Below are positions 1 through 12,961 of a DNA stretch of 64,000 bases, in pieces. The notes beneath the pieces are model-generated. The model was not told the origin of the DNA and searched no databases. It saw nothing but the letters and a program-made list of their open reading frames with translations. The stretch is from Candidatus Krumholzibacteriota bacterium (lineage in GTDB: Bacteria; Krumholzibacteriota; Krumholzibacteriia; JAJRXK01): positions 128,001-192,000 of the forward strand of contig CAVSGG010000008.1 of NCBI GenBank assembly GCA_963727455.1. Direction: 5' to 3'. Both the position numbers and the translations under genes were made by a program. Each line of letters opens with the position of its first letter. Position 1 is the first letter of the stretch.

Positions 1-1360
1 CGAAATAGGCCGCGAGCACCAGGGCCGCGAGGATCGCTCCGAGCAGTACCACCACCGGAATTCCGATGATGGTGAGCGCTAGAGTGAAGGAGAGAATCAG
101 GAAGAGAAAAAGCGTGACGAGGAGCCAGACCATTCCCGAGGCGAAGGGCCGCACCAGCCCACCATGGCACTGCGCGCACATCAGGTCGAGGCGGTCGCCC
201 ATGAGCGCCAGGAGAATCAGGGCCAACAAGGTCATGATGAGAAGCCGCAGCGCGAGCATGACGATGTTCAAATAGGGTGCCGCCTCACGGACTCCCTGTA
301 CACCAGGGATCAGACGACCGAAGTCGATTTCCTGGCCCTTGATTTGGGCATCCCCCTCTCGCTGCACGTGGCCGCCGAAGCTCAGCGCATCCCCTTCGAC
401 GATTCCTGAATCGTCGATATTGAGGTTGCCCGCCACGGCCACCGCTTTCCCCAGCACCTTCCCCGAGACGGTGAGGGACCCCCCCACTACAACCACGTCC
501 CCCTGCACCAGTTCGTCTTCGCTCACGTGAAAGTCGGATCCCATCTTGAAGACCGATCGTCCGATGACTTTCCACTGCTTTGGCCGCTTGTGCTTGCCCA
601 GATTCCCGAACAGGATCCGCGGACCCTTTCCGTCTTGAGTGTAGTGCTGGAGATTCCGACCCAGCTCCTGCAGCATCGAATCCGACAACACCCGGCCCAG
701 TTCCTGGTTAAAAGCCATCACTCCGGATTTGAGGTTTTCCTGAACCTCCGCGGGAATCTGGACGTCGATATACCCGCCACCCTCAGTGGCCAGACGAAAA
801 CGCTCCGCGCTGATCTCCAGCTGTACCTGTCCCAACTTCTGTCCCAGCTCCTGGCTGACCTCTCCGAGCTGACCCAGAAGTTCTCCGAGGTCCTTGTTGA
901 AACTCGTCCAATCTCCTCGCTGCGCTGAATCGTGGATCTGTTGTTCGAGCTCATTGAGCTGGGGATCTCCCTCGTGCGCGAGGGAAGAGCTTTTGCGCCG
1001 CGCAGCTCGCAGCGCCGTGACTCTGGCCTCCAGCTGGCGGACCGCCTGGACCAGACTGTCGCGCTCCGCTTTTTCGTGGGTGCGGGAAAGCTGAGTGGAG
1101 GCTTCAAAGAGGAGACGATACAGCTCGGCGGCGCTCTGAAAAGTCTCGGCGGAGTCGGCCTCGGCCTGCACGCTCACGGTGAACTGCGTACTGTCGGTAT
1201 CTGCATCGGCAGAGGTGGCCTGAGCACTGCCCCAAAACGACAAAACCAGGACCAGGCAAACGCCGAGCCCCAGCAGAGTCCCCGCGCGGGAAACTCCGGT
1301 TTCGAAATCAATGGGGATAAGAGGGCCGCTCCGTATGTGCCGGAGCACCAGTTCAAGCAT
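1..1360 (-). CDS. Membrane protein with polymer-forming cytoskeletal (bactofilin-like) beta-helix region and C-terminal TM helices; 3' end runs off the window
   Basis: Manually translated; absent from the ORF track because there is no stop in the window. ATG at 1360 overlaps the upstream TGA (ATGCTTGA). Sequence MLELVLRH...LLGLGVCLVLVLSFWGSAQA (TM/signal), helical region, VQGDVVVVGGSLTVSGKVLGKAVAVAGNLNIDDSGIVEGDALSFGG repeats, then hydrophobic ...LALTIIGIPVVVLL. Confidence 0.8.
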   Translation of the reverse strand, partial: MLELVLRHIRSGPLIPIDFETGVSRAGTLLGLGVCLVLVLSFWGSAQATSADADTDSTQFTVSVQAEADSAETFQSAAELYRLLFEASTQLSRTHEKAERDSLVQAVRQLEARVTALRAARRKSSSLAHEGDPQLNELEQQIHDSAQRGDWTSFNKDLGELLGQLGEVSQELGQKLGQVQLEISAERFRLATEGGGYIDVQIPAEVQENLKSGVMAFNQELGRVLSDSMLQELGRNLQHYTQDGKGPRILFGNLGKHKRPKQWKVIGRSVFKMGSDFHVSEDELVQGDVVVVGGSLTVSGKVLGKAVAVAGNLNIDDSGIVEGDALSFGGHVQREGDAQIKGQEIDFGRLIPGVQGVREAAPYLNIVMLALRLLIMTLLALILLALMGDRLDLMCAQCHGGLVRPFASGMVWLLVTLFLFLILSFTLALTIIGIPVVVLLGAILAALVLAAYF

Positions 1361-2009
1361 GAGTCCCCTTGTCCCGGAGGCGACGGCGACCCAGGCTCAT
1401 CAGCGCGTAGACCAAAGCTGCGAACGCGAGCCCCAAGACGAGCGTGACTACCGCCGACCCCCAAGTTCGGTTCCAATGAGCAACGAAACTTATCGACGAA
1501 TGGCAAGCCGCGGCCAAGAAGGAGACCAGCCGCGAGAGCAATGGCACGTGCACCGTTTTCTCCGCCCAGAAATCGAGAGCATCACGCACCGCCAGCGCTC
1601 CCCCTCCCACCGCGCGCTGCAAGAAACTATGACTCACCAATAAGAACAGGGAGTACGCCACCGTGAGTGCGGCGACCCCGGACCGGAAGAGACCCAAACT
1701 CCTCACGAGGAATCCCGGCATCTTCGAACCCAGGATCAACACCGGGAGCGCGCGCCGGGGCGCGCCTGCGTATTTCGCGTAGGGCACGGCCTGCAGAACT
1801 CTAGCATCGAACTGCGGCGATGGCTCGTCGCGCGGGTCTTTCTCCAGTAGCTCGAAGAGACTGCGATATTCCGCTAGGGCACCCGCCAAGGCGGGATCTT
1901 TCTCGGCCTGAAGAAAGAGTCGCGTGGCGTCGCGACCCTGAAGATCTCCGTCAAGGTAGCGCTGGAGCAGCTGATCCACGTTTTCCTCGAGCCGCTGCGT
2001 GTCACTCAT
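1353..2009 (-). CDS. Putative membrane anti-sigma factor (RsiW-like; zinc ligands absent)
   Basis: Directly downstream of the ECF sigma; N-terminal LQRYLDGDL...EPSPQFDARVL resembles anti-sigma domains; 2-3 TM segments; GGAGGT RBS before ATG 2009. Confidence 0.7.
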   Translation of the reverse strand: MSDTQRLEENVDQLLQRYLDGDLQGRDATRLFLQAEKDPALAGALAEYRSLFELLEKDPRDEPSPQFDARVLQAVPYAKYAGAPRRALPVLILGSKMPGFLVRSLGLFRSGVAALTVAYSLFLLVSHSFLQRAVGGGALAVRDALDFWAEKTVHVPLLSRLVSFLAAACHSSISFVAHWNRTWGSAVVTLVLGLAFAALVYALMSLGRRRLRDKGTHA

Positions 2010-2081
2010 GATGACCTCCACTGCGATGCCTCGCCCAACTCTGTGTTTTCGTACTACATTGCTTCATGCAGTATTCATACC

Positions 2082-2705
2082 TCAAGGAAGGAGACGCGAC
2101 GCCATGCGACGCTTGACGAGTTTCTCCTTCATCATGGCTCTCGCGCGATGGATCCGGGCCTTGACCGTACCCAACGGGAGTTCCAGCATCCCGGCAATCT
2201 CCTCGTAGCTGAGCTGCTCCTGATGCCGCAAAACGATGATCGCGCGATAGTGCGGCGGGAGTTCATCAGTCAGCTCTCGCAGCAACTTCCCTACTTCACG
2301 CTGGTGCAATTCTTCGTCGGGCGGCAGAGCTTCATCAGGGAGCTGCCGCTCGATCTCTTCGCCTCGATAGTGAACCGGCTCATCCAGACGCAGCAGCTTG
2401 ACGCGATGCTTGCGAATGAAGTCGATGCACTGGTTCGCGGCGATCTTGAATACCCAGCTGCGAAACGCGTAGCGATCGTCGTAACGTTCGAGCATCGAGA
2501 ACACTTTGATGAAAACATCCTGAGCCATGTCCTCGGCATCATCCCGGTTCTTCAACATGCGAAGACACAGGTTGAAGACCGGTGCCCGATAGCGTCGAAG
2601 CAGCTCGGCAAACGCGCTCTGCTCTCCACGCCGGGCCCGGGCGATCACCAGGCGATCCTTTTCCAAAGTGCCTACCCCCGCGGACGGCGTCCCTCGAAAG
2701 CCCAC
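2082..2705 (-). CDS. ECF RNA polymerase sigma factor (SigW/RpoE-like)
   Basis: Region 2 DAEDMAQDVFIKVF...FRSWVFKIAANQCID; region 4 LSYEEIAGMLELPLGTVKARIHRAR; exact start uncertain. Confidence 0.95.
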   Translation of the reverse strand: MGFRGTPSAGVGTLEKDRLVIARARRGEQSAFAELLRRYRAPVFNLCLRMLKNRDDAEDMAQDVFIKVFSMLERYDDRYAFRSWVFKIAANQCIDFIRKHRVKLLRLDEPVHYRGEEIERQLPDEALPPDEELHQREVGKLLRELTDELPPHYRAIIVLRHQEQLSYEEIAGMLELPLGTVKARIHRARAMMKEKLVKRRMASRLLP

Positions 2706-2770
2706 GCAGCCGCGCTGTCACAAGAGCTGCGGCGAGAGGAGCTTGGCCCGCCAAGTGGCACACCTCTCCG

Positions 2771-2797
2771 TACGCCGAAGCCCTCTGGCTTGTTTCA
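2771..2797 (-). promoter_or_regulatory. SigW-type ECF autoregulatory promoter
   Basis: Minus strand TGAAAC-N17-CGTA about 65 nt upstream of the sigma ORF; matches the Bacillus SigW consensus. Confidence 0.7.
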
Positions 2798-2813
2798 CAG
2801 ACGAACCCTCTGA

Positions 2814-4716
<1,903 letters not shown>

Positions 4717-4720
<4 letters not shown>

Positions 4721-4745
4721 CACTCGGGGGATTCCTCGCTAGTTT
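4717..4745 (+). promoter_or_regulatory. sigma70 promoter of tRNA-fMet
   Basis: TTGACA-N17-TAGTTT; the -35 overlaps the ftsB stop codon; GC-rich sequence follows the -10. Confidence 0.7.
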
Positions 4746-4761
4746 GCCGCCCTGGAATTGG

Positions 4762-4838
<77 letters not shown>

Positions 4839-4840
4839 TC

Positions 4841-4878
4841 AGGGGGCAGTCGTGAAAGCGGCTGCCCCTTCTTCTCTT
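4841..4878 (+). terminator. Intrinsic terminator after tRNA-fMet
   Basis: GGGGCAGTCG-tgaaag-CGGCTGCCCC followed by TTCTTCTCTT. Confidence 0.75.
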
Positions 4879-5048
4879 GGATTCCCCCCTCGTCCTGCAT
4901 ACATTTTCCGCTGCCGCGGGGCAGATGGGGCCGAGGGGACCTTCCCCGGAACCTCGTGAATCACCTGCCGCGACAACATGACACGTGGTCGAAGGCGGCT
5001 TTTGCGCCAAGTGTCTCGCAAAGCCAGCCGTCCCGCATTAACCCATAG

Positions 5049-6407
<1,359 letters not shown>

Positions 6408-6433
6408 TCGGATTGAGTACATTGGGTTAGAGT

Positions 6434-6467
6434 GGATCGAGGGGTGCCCCCGGGCGCCCCTCGATTC
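6434..6467 (+). terminator. Strong hairpin after gdhA (terminator or stabiliser; no U-tract)
   Basis: GGATCGAGGGGTGCC-cccg-GGCGCCCCTCGATTC, 15-bp stem with G-U pairs. Confidence 0.55.
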
Positions 6468-6495
6468 GTTCCATCCTCGACGCACAAGAGACGGT

Positions 6496-9495
6496 ATGCA
6501 CGACCTTCTCCCCGGCGGCGGCCCGGCCAACATCCGAAACCTCACCGCCGCCTTCGACAGCCTCATGCCTCACCGCGTCCACGACATTCTCGTGGTCGCA
6601 AGCTCCTACGATGCCTTCATCCTGGAAGAGGGCGGACGCCTGACCGAACTCATCCTGAACGAGTACGTCAGTCTGAACCTCACCTACGCGCCGAGCATCA
6701 CCCGCGCTTCTTCCGCGGAGGAGGCGCTCGAGTTTGTCGAGAAAAAACACTTCAACCTCGTCCTCAGCATGTTGTGGTCGGGCTCGGCCGAGGCCTTCGA
6801 CTTCGGGCTGCGCATCAAACAGATCGATCCCCGGGTCCCGGTGATCATGCTCGCCTTCGATGCGCGAGAGGTGCGCCGTCTCCAGTTGGATCAATCGGCT
6901 CAAGGCTACGACGAGATCTTCACCTGGTCCGGTGACACGGGGCTTTTCCTGGCGATCATCAAGCTCTTCGAGGACCGCTGGAACGTCGACCACGACACCT
7001 CTGTCGCGAGCGTGCGTACCATTCTCCTCATCGAAGACTCCATTCGCTTCACTTCGCTCTATCTGCCGCTACTCTATACCGAGCTCATGAAGCAGACCCA
7101 GTCCTTGATGGACGAGGGGATCAATGTGACCCATCGCCTGCTCCGCATGCGTGCGCGCCCGAAGATCCTCTTGGCACGCGACTACGAGGAAGCGACCGGG
7201 CTCTACGAAAAGTACAAACGTTACATGCTGGGAGTGATCAGCGACGTACGCTTTCCCCGCAACGGCAAGGCGGATCCAGAGGCGGGGGTCGATTTCGTGC
7301 GCGCCATCCGCGCCGAAGATCCGACCCTGCCCGTGGTGCTTCAATCCAGCCAGGACAACGGACAGGAGCTGGCGGAGTCGGTCCACGGCCACTTCATCAA
7401 CAAGCGTTCGCAGAGCCTGCTCACCGACCTGCAACAATTCATCGAGAAGAACTTCGGTTTCGGCGATTTCGTGTTCCGGCTTCCCGACGGCAGCGAGGTT
7501 TCCCGCGCCAACGATCTGCGCTCCCTGCAAGAGCAAATTGAGACGATCCCGGACGAATCTTTGGAGTATCACGCACGCCGCAACGATTTCTCGAACTGGC
7601 TGCGAGCGCGCACCGAGTTTGGCCTGGCCTCTCTCATTCGTCCCAGACGCGTGAGTGAGTTCGAGACCATGACAGACTTACGTCGCTATCTGGTCAAGAC
7701 CTTCAACCAGCATCGTCTGGAAACCCAGCGCGGCGTGATCGCCGATTTCTCCCCGCGGCGTTTCGACGAGGACTCGAGCTTCGTGCGGATTGGGCATGGG
7801 TCGCTGGGCGGGAAAGGCCGTGGCCTCGCCTTCGCCAGCCACCTCATTCTGCATCAAGGCATGACGAGGGCCTTCCCCGGCGTCCGCATCGAGGTTCCGC
7901 CCACCGCAGTCATCGGTACGGATATTTTCGACGAGTTCATGTCACAGAACCAGCTCTTCGAGATCGCTTACACCTCGAAGGACGACCGCCGCATCACCAG
8001 GGCCTTCTTGGCAGCGCGTCTGCCCCGCGAGGCCCAGGACGACCTCGCCTCGTTTCTCTCGCAGGTGGACTATCCTTTGGCGGTTCGTTCTTCCAGCCTA
8101 CTCGAGGACTCCCAGTTCCAGCCCTTCGCAGGTATCTACGACACCTACATGGTGCCAAACAACCACACGCATCCCACGGTCAGACTCGCCCAGCTCTGCA
8201 AGGCCATCAAACTGGTCTACGCGTCCACCTTCTCGAGTGCCAGCAAGCGCTACATGGAGAACACGCCCTACCGGGTGGAAGACGAGAAGATGGCGGTGAT
8301 CCTGCAGCGTCTCGTGGGCTACCCGCACGGCGAGCGCTACTACCCGAATTTCTCGGGTGTCGCCCGCTCCCACAATTTCTATCCCATCGCACCGATGCAG
8401 CATGAGGACGGCCTCGCCGTGGTGGCGCTGGGACTCGGCCGTCAGGTGGTGAGTGGTGCGGACGCCCTAAGGTTCTCTCCGGCGTATCCGCGGCACATCC
8501 CCGAGTTCGGAAGTACTCAGGCCACCCTGCGCGCTTCGCAACGCCGATTCTATGCCCTGGATCTGGGGCGCACCCATCTGATGCCGACCATGATGGACGG
8601 CGAAAGCAATCTGCTCTGCCTGGGCCTGAAGGAGGCCGAGCAGGACAACACTCTTTTGCCGGTGTGCTCGAGCTACTCGCTCGAGAATGACGTCATCTAC
8701 GACGGAATGCGTTCCGGCGCCACTCCCGTCATCACCTTCGCGCCCATTCTCAAGGCGGAGACCTTCCCTCTGGCGGCCATCCTGCGCAGCCTCCTCGATC
8801 TCGGCAAGCGCGAGATGGGTTCGCCGATCGAAATGGAATTTGCCGTCGACCTGAACTCCGATCCCGCGTGGTTCGGGTTCCTGCAAATCCGTCGACTGGT
8901 GGTGGGTGGAGAACCCGACGATGTCAGGCTCGATGATGCGACCGTAGAGAAATCAGTGCTGTACTGCGAAAAGGCACTCGGCAACGGGGTGGTCGACGGC
9001 ATCCGCGATATCGTCTATGTCGATCCTACCAAGTTCGACAGCGCCCACACTGCGGAGATCGCCAGAAGCGTCGCCGAGATCAATGATGGTCTACGTCAGA
9101 ATGGTCGCCCCTGCATCCTCATCGGTCCCGGACGCTGGGGATCGGCGGACCCCTGGCTGGGAATCCCGGTGAGCTGGGAGCAGATCTCACAGGCCCGGGT
9201 CATCGTCGAGGCGGGGATCGAGAACTTCCGCGTCACCCCCTCTCAAGGAACCCACTTTTTCCAGAACATCACCTCGCTGAGAATCGGCTACTTCACCGTC
9301 AATCCCTACCTGGGTGACGGGCGGGTGGACTGGGACTGGTTTGCCGCGCAGCCCGCGGTGCGCGATACTGAGCGAGTACGGCACATTCGCACCAAGTCTC
9401 CGGTGCGGGTACGAATCGACGGTCAGAGCGGCCGTGGCGTCATTCTCCCGCCCGGCATCGAACCCTTCGCCCCCGAAGTTGAAGTGGACGCGTGA
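6496..9495 (+). CDS. Receiver-like domains + PEP/pyruvate-binding (PPDK_N, ATP-grasp) domain protein; function unknown
   Basis: REC-like ILLIEDS and GVISDVRFP...VVLQSS...FINK; [44 protein letters not shown]; C-terminal GPGRWGS...SQGTHFF; no PEP-utiliser barrel visible. Confidence 0.85.
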   Translation: MHDLLPGGGPANIRNLTAAFDSLMPHRVHDILVVASSYDAFILEEGGRLTELILNEYVSLNLTYAPSITRASSAEEALEFVEKKHFNLVLSMLWSGSAEAFDFGLRIKQIDPRVPVIMLAFDAREVRRLQLDQSAQGYDEIFTWSGDTGLFLAIIKLFEDRWNVDHDTSVASVRTILLIEDSIRFTSLYLPLLYTELMKQTQSLMDEGINVTHRLLRMRARPKILLARDYEEATGLYEKYKRYMLGVISDVRFPRNGKADPEAGVDFVRAIRAEDPTLPVVLQSSQDNGQELAESVHGHFINKRSQSLLTDLQQFIEKNFGFGDFVFRLPDGSEVSRANDLRSLQEQIETIPDESLEYHARRNDFSNWLRARTEFGLASLIRPRRVSEFETMTDLRRYLVKTFNQHRLETQRGVIADFSPRRFDEDSSFVRIGHGSLGGKGRGLAFASHLILHQGMTRAFPGVRIEVPPTAVIGTDIFDEFMSQNQLFEIAYTSKDDRRITRAFLAARLPREAQDDLASFLSQVDYPLAVRSSSLLEDSQFQPFAGIYDTYMVPNNHTHPTVRLAQLCKAIKLVYASTFSSASKRYMENTPYRVEDEKMAVILQRLVGYPHGERYYPNFSGVARSHNFYPIAPMQHEDGLAVVALGLGRQVVSGADALRFSPAYPRHIPEFGSTQATLRASQRRFYALDLGRTHLMPTMMDGESNLLCLGLKEAEQDNTLLPVCSSYSLENDVIYDGMRSGATPVITFAPILKAETFPLAAILRSLLDLGKREMGSPIEMEFAVDLNSDPAWFGFLQIRRLVVGGEPDDVRLDDATVEKSVLYCEKALGNGVVDGIRDIVYVDPTKFDSAHTAEIARSVAEINDGLRQNGRPCILIGPGRWGSADPWLGIPVSWEQISQARVIVEAGIENFRVTPSQGTHFFQNITSLRIGYFTVNPYLGDGRVDWDWFAAQPAVRDTERVRHIRTKSPVRVRIDGQSGRGVILPPGIEPFAPEVEVDA

Positions 9496-10715
9496 TGGCG
9501 CAAGCGAGACGAGAGACTCCCACTTGCTGGATCGGCTCCGTGCCGATCGGCTCCTCTCACCCCGTCGTCGTGCAGAGCATGACGAACACTCCGACCGAGG
9601 ACGTCGATCAGACCGGCTCGCAGATCCTTCAGCTAGTGGAGGCGGGAAGCCAAGTGGTCCGGGTGACGGTCAACACCCCGGAAGCAGCCGCGGCGGTTCC
9701 GAAGATCAGACAGCGCCTGGAAGATGGAGGAGTGTCCGTCCCCTTGATCGGCGACTTCCACTACAATGGACACCGCCTTCTCGCGGAGTTCCCTGCCTGC
9801 GCGGAGACCCTCGACAAATACCGGATCAACCCGGGGAACGTGGGAACTTCGCGCACGCACGACCTGAACTTCAAGTCCATGGTTCAGGCCGCAATCACCC
9901 ATGAGAAACCTGTCCGTATCGGCGTGAACTGGGGTTCGCTGGACCAAGCTCTTCTCACCTCGCTCATGGACGAGAACGCGCGCCGAGAGGAGCCCCTGGA
10001 TGCCACCGAAGTCTACCGCGAGGCAATGGTGCGCAGTGCGCTGGACAGCGCAACCGCCGCGGAGTCGATAGGACTCCCCCACGACCGCATCGTCCTGAGC
10101 GTGAAGACCAGCCTGGTGCAGGACCTGGTCGCCGTCTACGAATCCCTGGCCTCTCGCTGCGACTACCCGCTCCATCTCGGCTTGACCGAGGCCGGAATGG
10201 GCATGAAGGGGATGGTGGCCTCCACTGCCGCAATCGCGATTCTCTTGCAGAAGGGAATCGGCGATACCATCCGCGTGAGCCTCACTCCCCTGCCGGGCGG
10301 GGATCGAAGCGAGGAAGTTCTGGTCTGTCAGCAGATTCTCCAGTCGCTGGGCTTGCGCCATTTCACACCGCAGGTAGCAGCGTGTCCCGGTTGCGGAAGA
10401 ACTACATCCACTTTTTTCCAGGAGCTGGCTGCCCGCATCGAAGGGGAGCTCCGAGCGAAAATGACGCGCTGGAGGAAGGAATATCCCGGAGTGGAAACGA
10501 TGAAGGTGGCGGTAATGGGCTGCGTGGTCAACGGTCCGGGGGAGAGCAAGCATGCCGACATCGGGATCTCGCTGCCGGGAACCGGGGAGTCCCCCAAAGC
10601 TCCGGTCTACGTCGACGGAGAACTCAGAACGACTCTCAAGGGCGACCGCATCGCCGAGGAGTTCGCGGAGTTGCTCAACGACTACGTGGAGCGACGCTAC
10701 GGCAGATCGTCGTAG
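9495..10715 (+). CDS. ispG: (E)-4-hydroxy-3-methylbut-2-enyl-diphosphate synthase
   Basis: [50 protein letters not shown]. Confidence 0.97.
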   Translation: MAQARRETPTCWIGSVPIGSSHPVVVQSMTNTPTEDVDQTGSQILQLVEAGSQVVRVTVNTPEAAAAVPKIRQRLEDGGVSVPLIGDFHYNGHRLLAEFPACAETLDKYRINPGNVGTSRTHDLNFKSMVQAAITHEKPVRIGVNWGSLDQALLTSLMDENARREEPLDATEVYREAMVRSALDSATAAESIGLPHDRIVLSVKTSLVQDLVAVYESLASRCDYPLHLGLTEAGMGMKGMVASTAAIAILLQKGIGDTIRVSLTPLPGGDRSEEVLVCQQILQSLGLRHFTPQVAACPGCGRTTSTFFQELAARIEGELRAKMTRWRKEYPGVETMKVAVMGCVVNGPGESKHADIGISLPGTGESPKAPVYVDGELRTTLKGDRIAEEFAELLNDYVERRYGRSS

Positions 10716-12295
10716 ACGATTTCCCCGTCGACCATTGTCATGCGAATTCTCGCGCTCTTCCATCCGTAGGGATCATCCGCGCTGGGCGCTTCCAACGCGA
10801 CGAGGTCCGCGAGCTTCCCCGGGAGTAGACTTCCCATTTCTGCGTCCCAGGCTGCCGCCTGCGCCGCCCACTTGGTATACCCCAGCAGTGCCTCTTCTTC
10901 GCTCAGGCACTCCGCCTTAAAAAAGGCCCCCCGCGAACGGTTCTCCTCTTTCTGACGCGTGATGGCGGCAGAAATCCCTTGTCGGGGATCGATGCTCGCC
11001 ACCGGAGCATCGCTTCCCAAGACGACTCGCATGCCGTGCGAGATGAGAGAGCGCGCGCAGTAGACGTAACTTCCTTGGGTGGGCCACAACTCGTCGAGCA
11101 GAGGCAGATCATCCATGAGATGTATCAATTGCATCGCGCAGCTCAAGCTCAACGAACTCATGCGCTGAAGTTCCTCTGGACGCACACACTGCGCGTGCTC
11201 GATACGAGCGAGTGGATGCAGGTCCTTCCCCTCGCCTCGTAAGCTGGCACGCGCATCGAGCAGCGCATTCACTACGACCCTCATTGCCCCGTCTCCGATT
11301 GCGTGAATGGAGGGAGCAATCCCGCTGCGGCCAGCCCGGACGATGGTTTCGCTCAGGGCGTGTTCCTCCACGAGCAATCGTCCGTGTCCCCCATCGGGAT
11401 AGGGTTCGAGCATGTAGGCCGAGGCGGAGCCGAGAGAGCCATCGGCGAAGATCTTGACCCCTCCCCACCTCAGCCAGGGATCTGCGTCGAGGTAACTGGG
11501 CTGCCGTTCGGCGATGCGCTGCTCCAGCTCCTTCACCGGCGAATGGTAGACCACTCGCATTCCTAGTTTACCCGCGCGGGCTAGCTCGCGGTAGCTGTGA
11601 TAAGCCTGCAGGGGCTCCATGCTGTGGAAGGAACTCAGTCCGAAGGAATGCGCTTCGGCGATGGCCTTCTTGAGCCATCTTTGGCGCAGCGGTTCGGGTT
11701 CCGGCGGACGCGCTTTGAGGATGAGCTCCCACGCGGTCTCGTAGAGCAGTCCATCGGGACTGTCGTCTGGCCCGCGCCCGATCTCACCGCCCTTTGGCGG
11801 CGTGCGTCCATCCAGGATCCCCGCCAGCTTCAATGCCGCGGAATTGCACCAGAGGGTGTGAAAATCGCGCGATTCCAGGGCCACGGGCTGTTCAGGAAAG
11901 ATCTCATCCAGAAGCCATCGATCCGGTCTCTCTTCGTCCCGCAGGAGCCGTGGGTCCCAACCACTTCCCCCCAGCCAAGCGCCGGAGGGTGCCTCGTGCT
12001 CGCGGTACGCGCGCAGTTTCATTCTCACTTCATCGAGAGTCTTCGCTTCGGTCAAGTCGACACCCGAAAGTTTGCGGGCCCACTCGAAGAAATGGGTGTG
12101 GGTATCGATGAATGCGGGGAGTAGCGTGCTACCGCGCAGATCGACGAGTTCGGCCTTGGGCGCCTGGCTGCGCAAATCTGGCGCGGCGCCGATGGCCTCG
12201 ATACGATTACCGCGCACCAGAAGCGCCTCTTCGCTTCCACCGCCTTCCATGCTGCGTAGGTGGCCGCCGTGAAAGAGGATCCCGTTGCGCTTCAT
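10697..12295 (-). CDS. Amidohydrolase family 3 (YtcJ-like)
   Basis: [44 protein letters not shown]. Confidence 0.9.
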   Translation of the reverse strand: MKRNGILFHGGHLRSMEGGGSEEALLVRGNRIEAIGAAPDLRSQAPKAELVDLRGSTLLPAFIDTHTHFFEWARKLSGVDLTEAKTLDEVRMKLRAYREHEAPSGAWLGGSGWDPRLLRDEERPDRWLLDEIFPEQPVALESRDFHTLWCNSAALKLAGILDGRTPPKGGEIGRGPDDSPDGLLYETAWELILKARPPEPEPLRQRWLKKAIAEAHSFGLSSFHSMEPLQAYHSYRELARAGKLGMRVVYHSPVKELEQRIAERQPSYLDADPWLRWGGVKIFADGSLGSASAYMLEPYPDGGHGRLLVEEHALSETIVRAGRSGIAPSIHAIGDGAMRVVVNALLDARASLRGEGKDLHPLARIEHAQCVRPEELQRMSSLSLSCAMQLIHLMDDLPLLDELWPTQGSYVYCARSLISHGMRVVLGSDAPVASIDPRQGISAAITRQKEENRSRGAFFKAECLSEEEALLGYTKWAAQAAAWDAEMGSLLPGKLADLVALEAPSADDPYGWKSARIRMTMVDGEIVYDDLP

Positions 12296-12828
12296 ACTCG
12301 ACCGCGGCCCGTTCTCACGCTCTGCAGCAAATCGTGGACCTCCTTGCGGTCGGCGAAGTGTGGATCGAAGTACGCGCGAACTTCATCACGTAGAAGCAGA
12401 AACAAAAAGAGGGTGCTCCAGAGGATCGAGATGCCGGGTTGTTCCCAGTATGCCGAGTCGATCAGGTGTACCGTTCCCAGAAGAACGCCCAGAACTTCCA
12501 AGGAGAGAAAGGAAACACCGAGCAGAATGCCCAGTCTCTTGCGAAACAAGAGCCCCAATCCCGCCGACACCGCCAGCAGGAGGCGCAGGGTCACCAAAAG
12601 CAGTACTACCTTGGTCTGAGGGTGCGGGAGCGCCCTCACCAGCCCGATGCCCGCCACGATGGTGGTGGCGACGATGTCCACACCGTAAAGCACGAGCAGG
12701 AGCTTCATCGTCAACGGCAGGTACGCGCGCTCGACTTCCGGCTCCCGCTCGCTCTCGCAGTAGGCACAAGCTTCGCCATTGGCCGGGATGGTGCGTCCGC
12801 ATACCGCGCAACGAGTGATGTTTACCAT
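12292..12828 (-). CDS. Hypothetical membrane protein with N-terminal CxxC-CxxC zinc ribbon
   Basis: CAVCG...CAYCE then four hydrophobic segments ending DEVRAYF; RBS GGAGAG; ATGA coupling to the amidohydrolase. Confidence 0.75.
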   Translation of the reverse strand: MVNITRCAVCGRTIPANGEACAYCESEREPEVERAYLPLTMKLLLVLYGVDIVATTIVAGIGLVRALPHPQTKVVLLLVTLRLLLAVSAGLGLLFRKRLGILLGVSFLSLEVLGVLLGTVHLIDSAYWEQPGISILWSTLFLFLLLRDEVRAYFDPHFADRKEVHDLLQSVRTGRGRV

Positions 12829-12961
12829 GACGAACTCTCCGGGGGGGAAGTACTACCCAACTAAACTACACTCTTCTGCGAGGAATCGGCAATCGCCTAG
12901 AGCTTGCTCGCAGCGGGCCGGCGCTCTAGGCTGAGTGTTCACTTTAACTTCGGAAGTCAAA

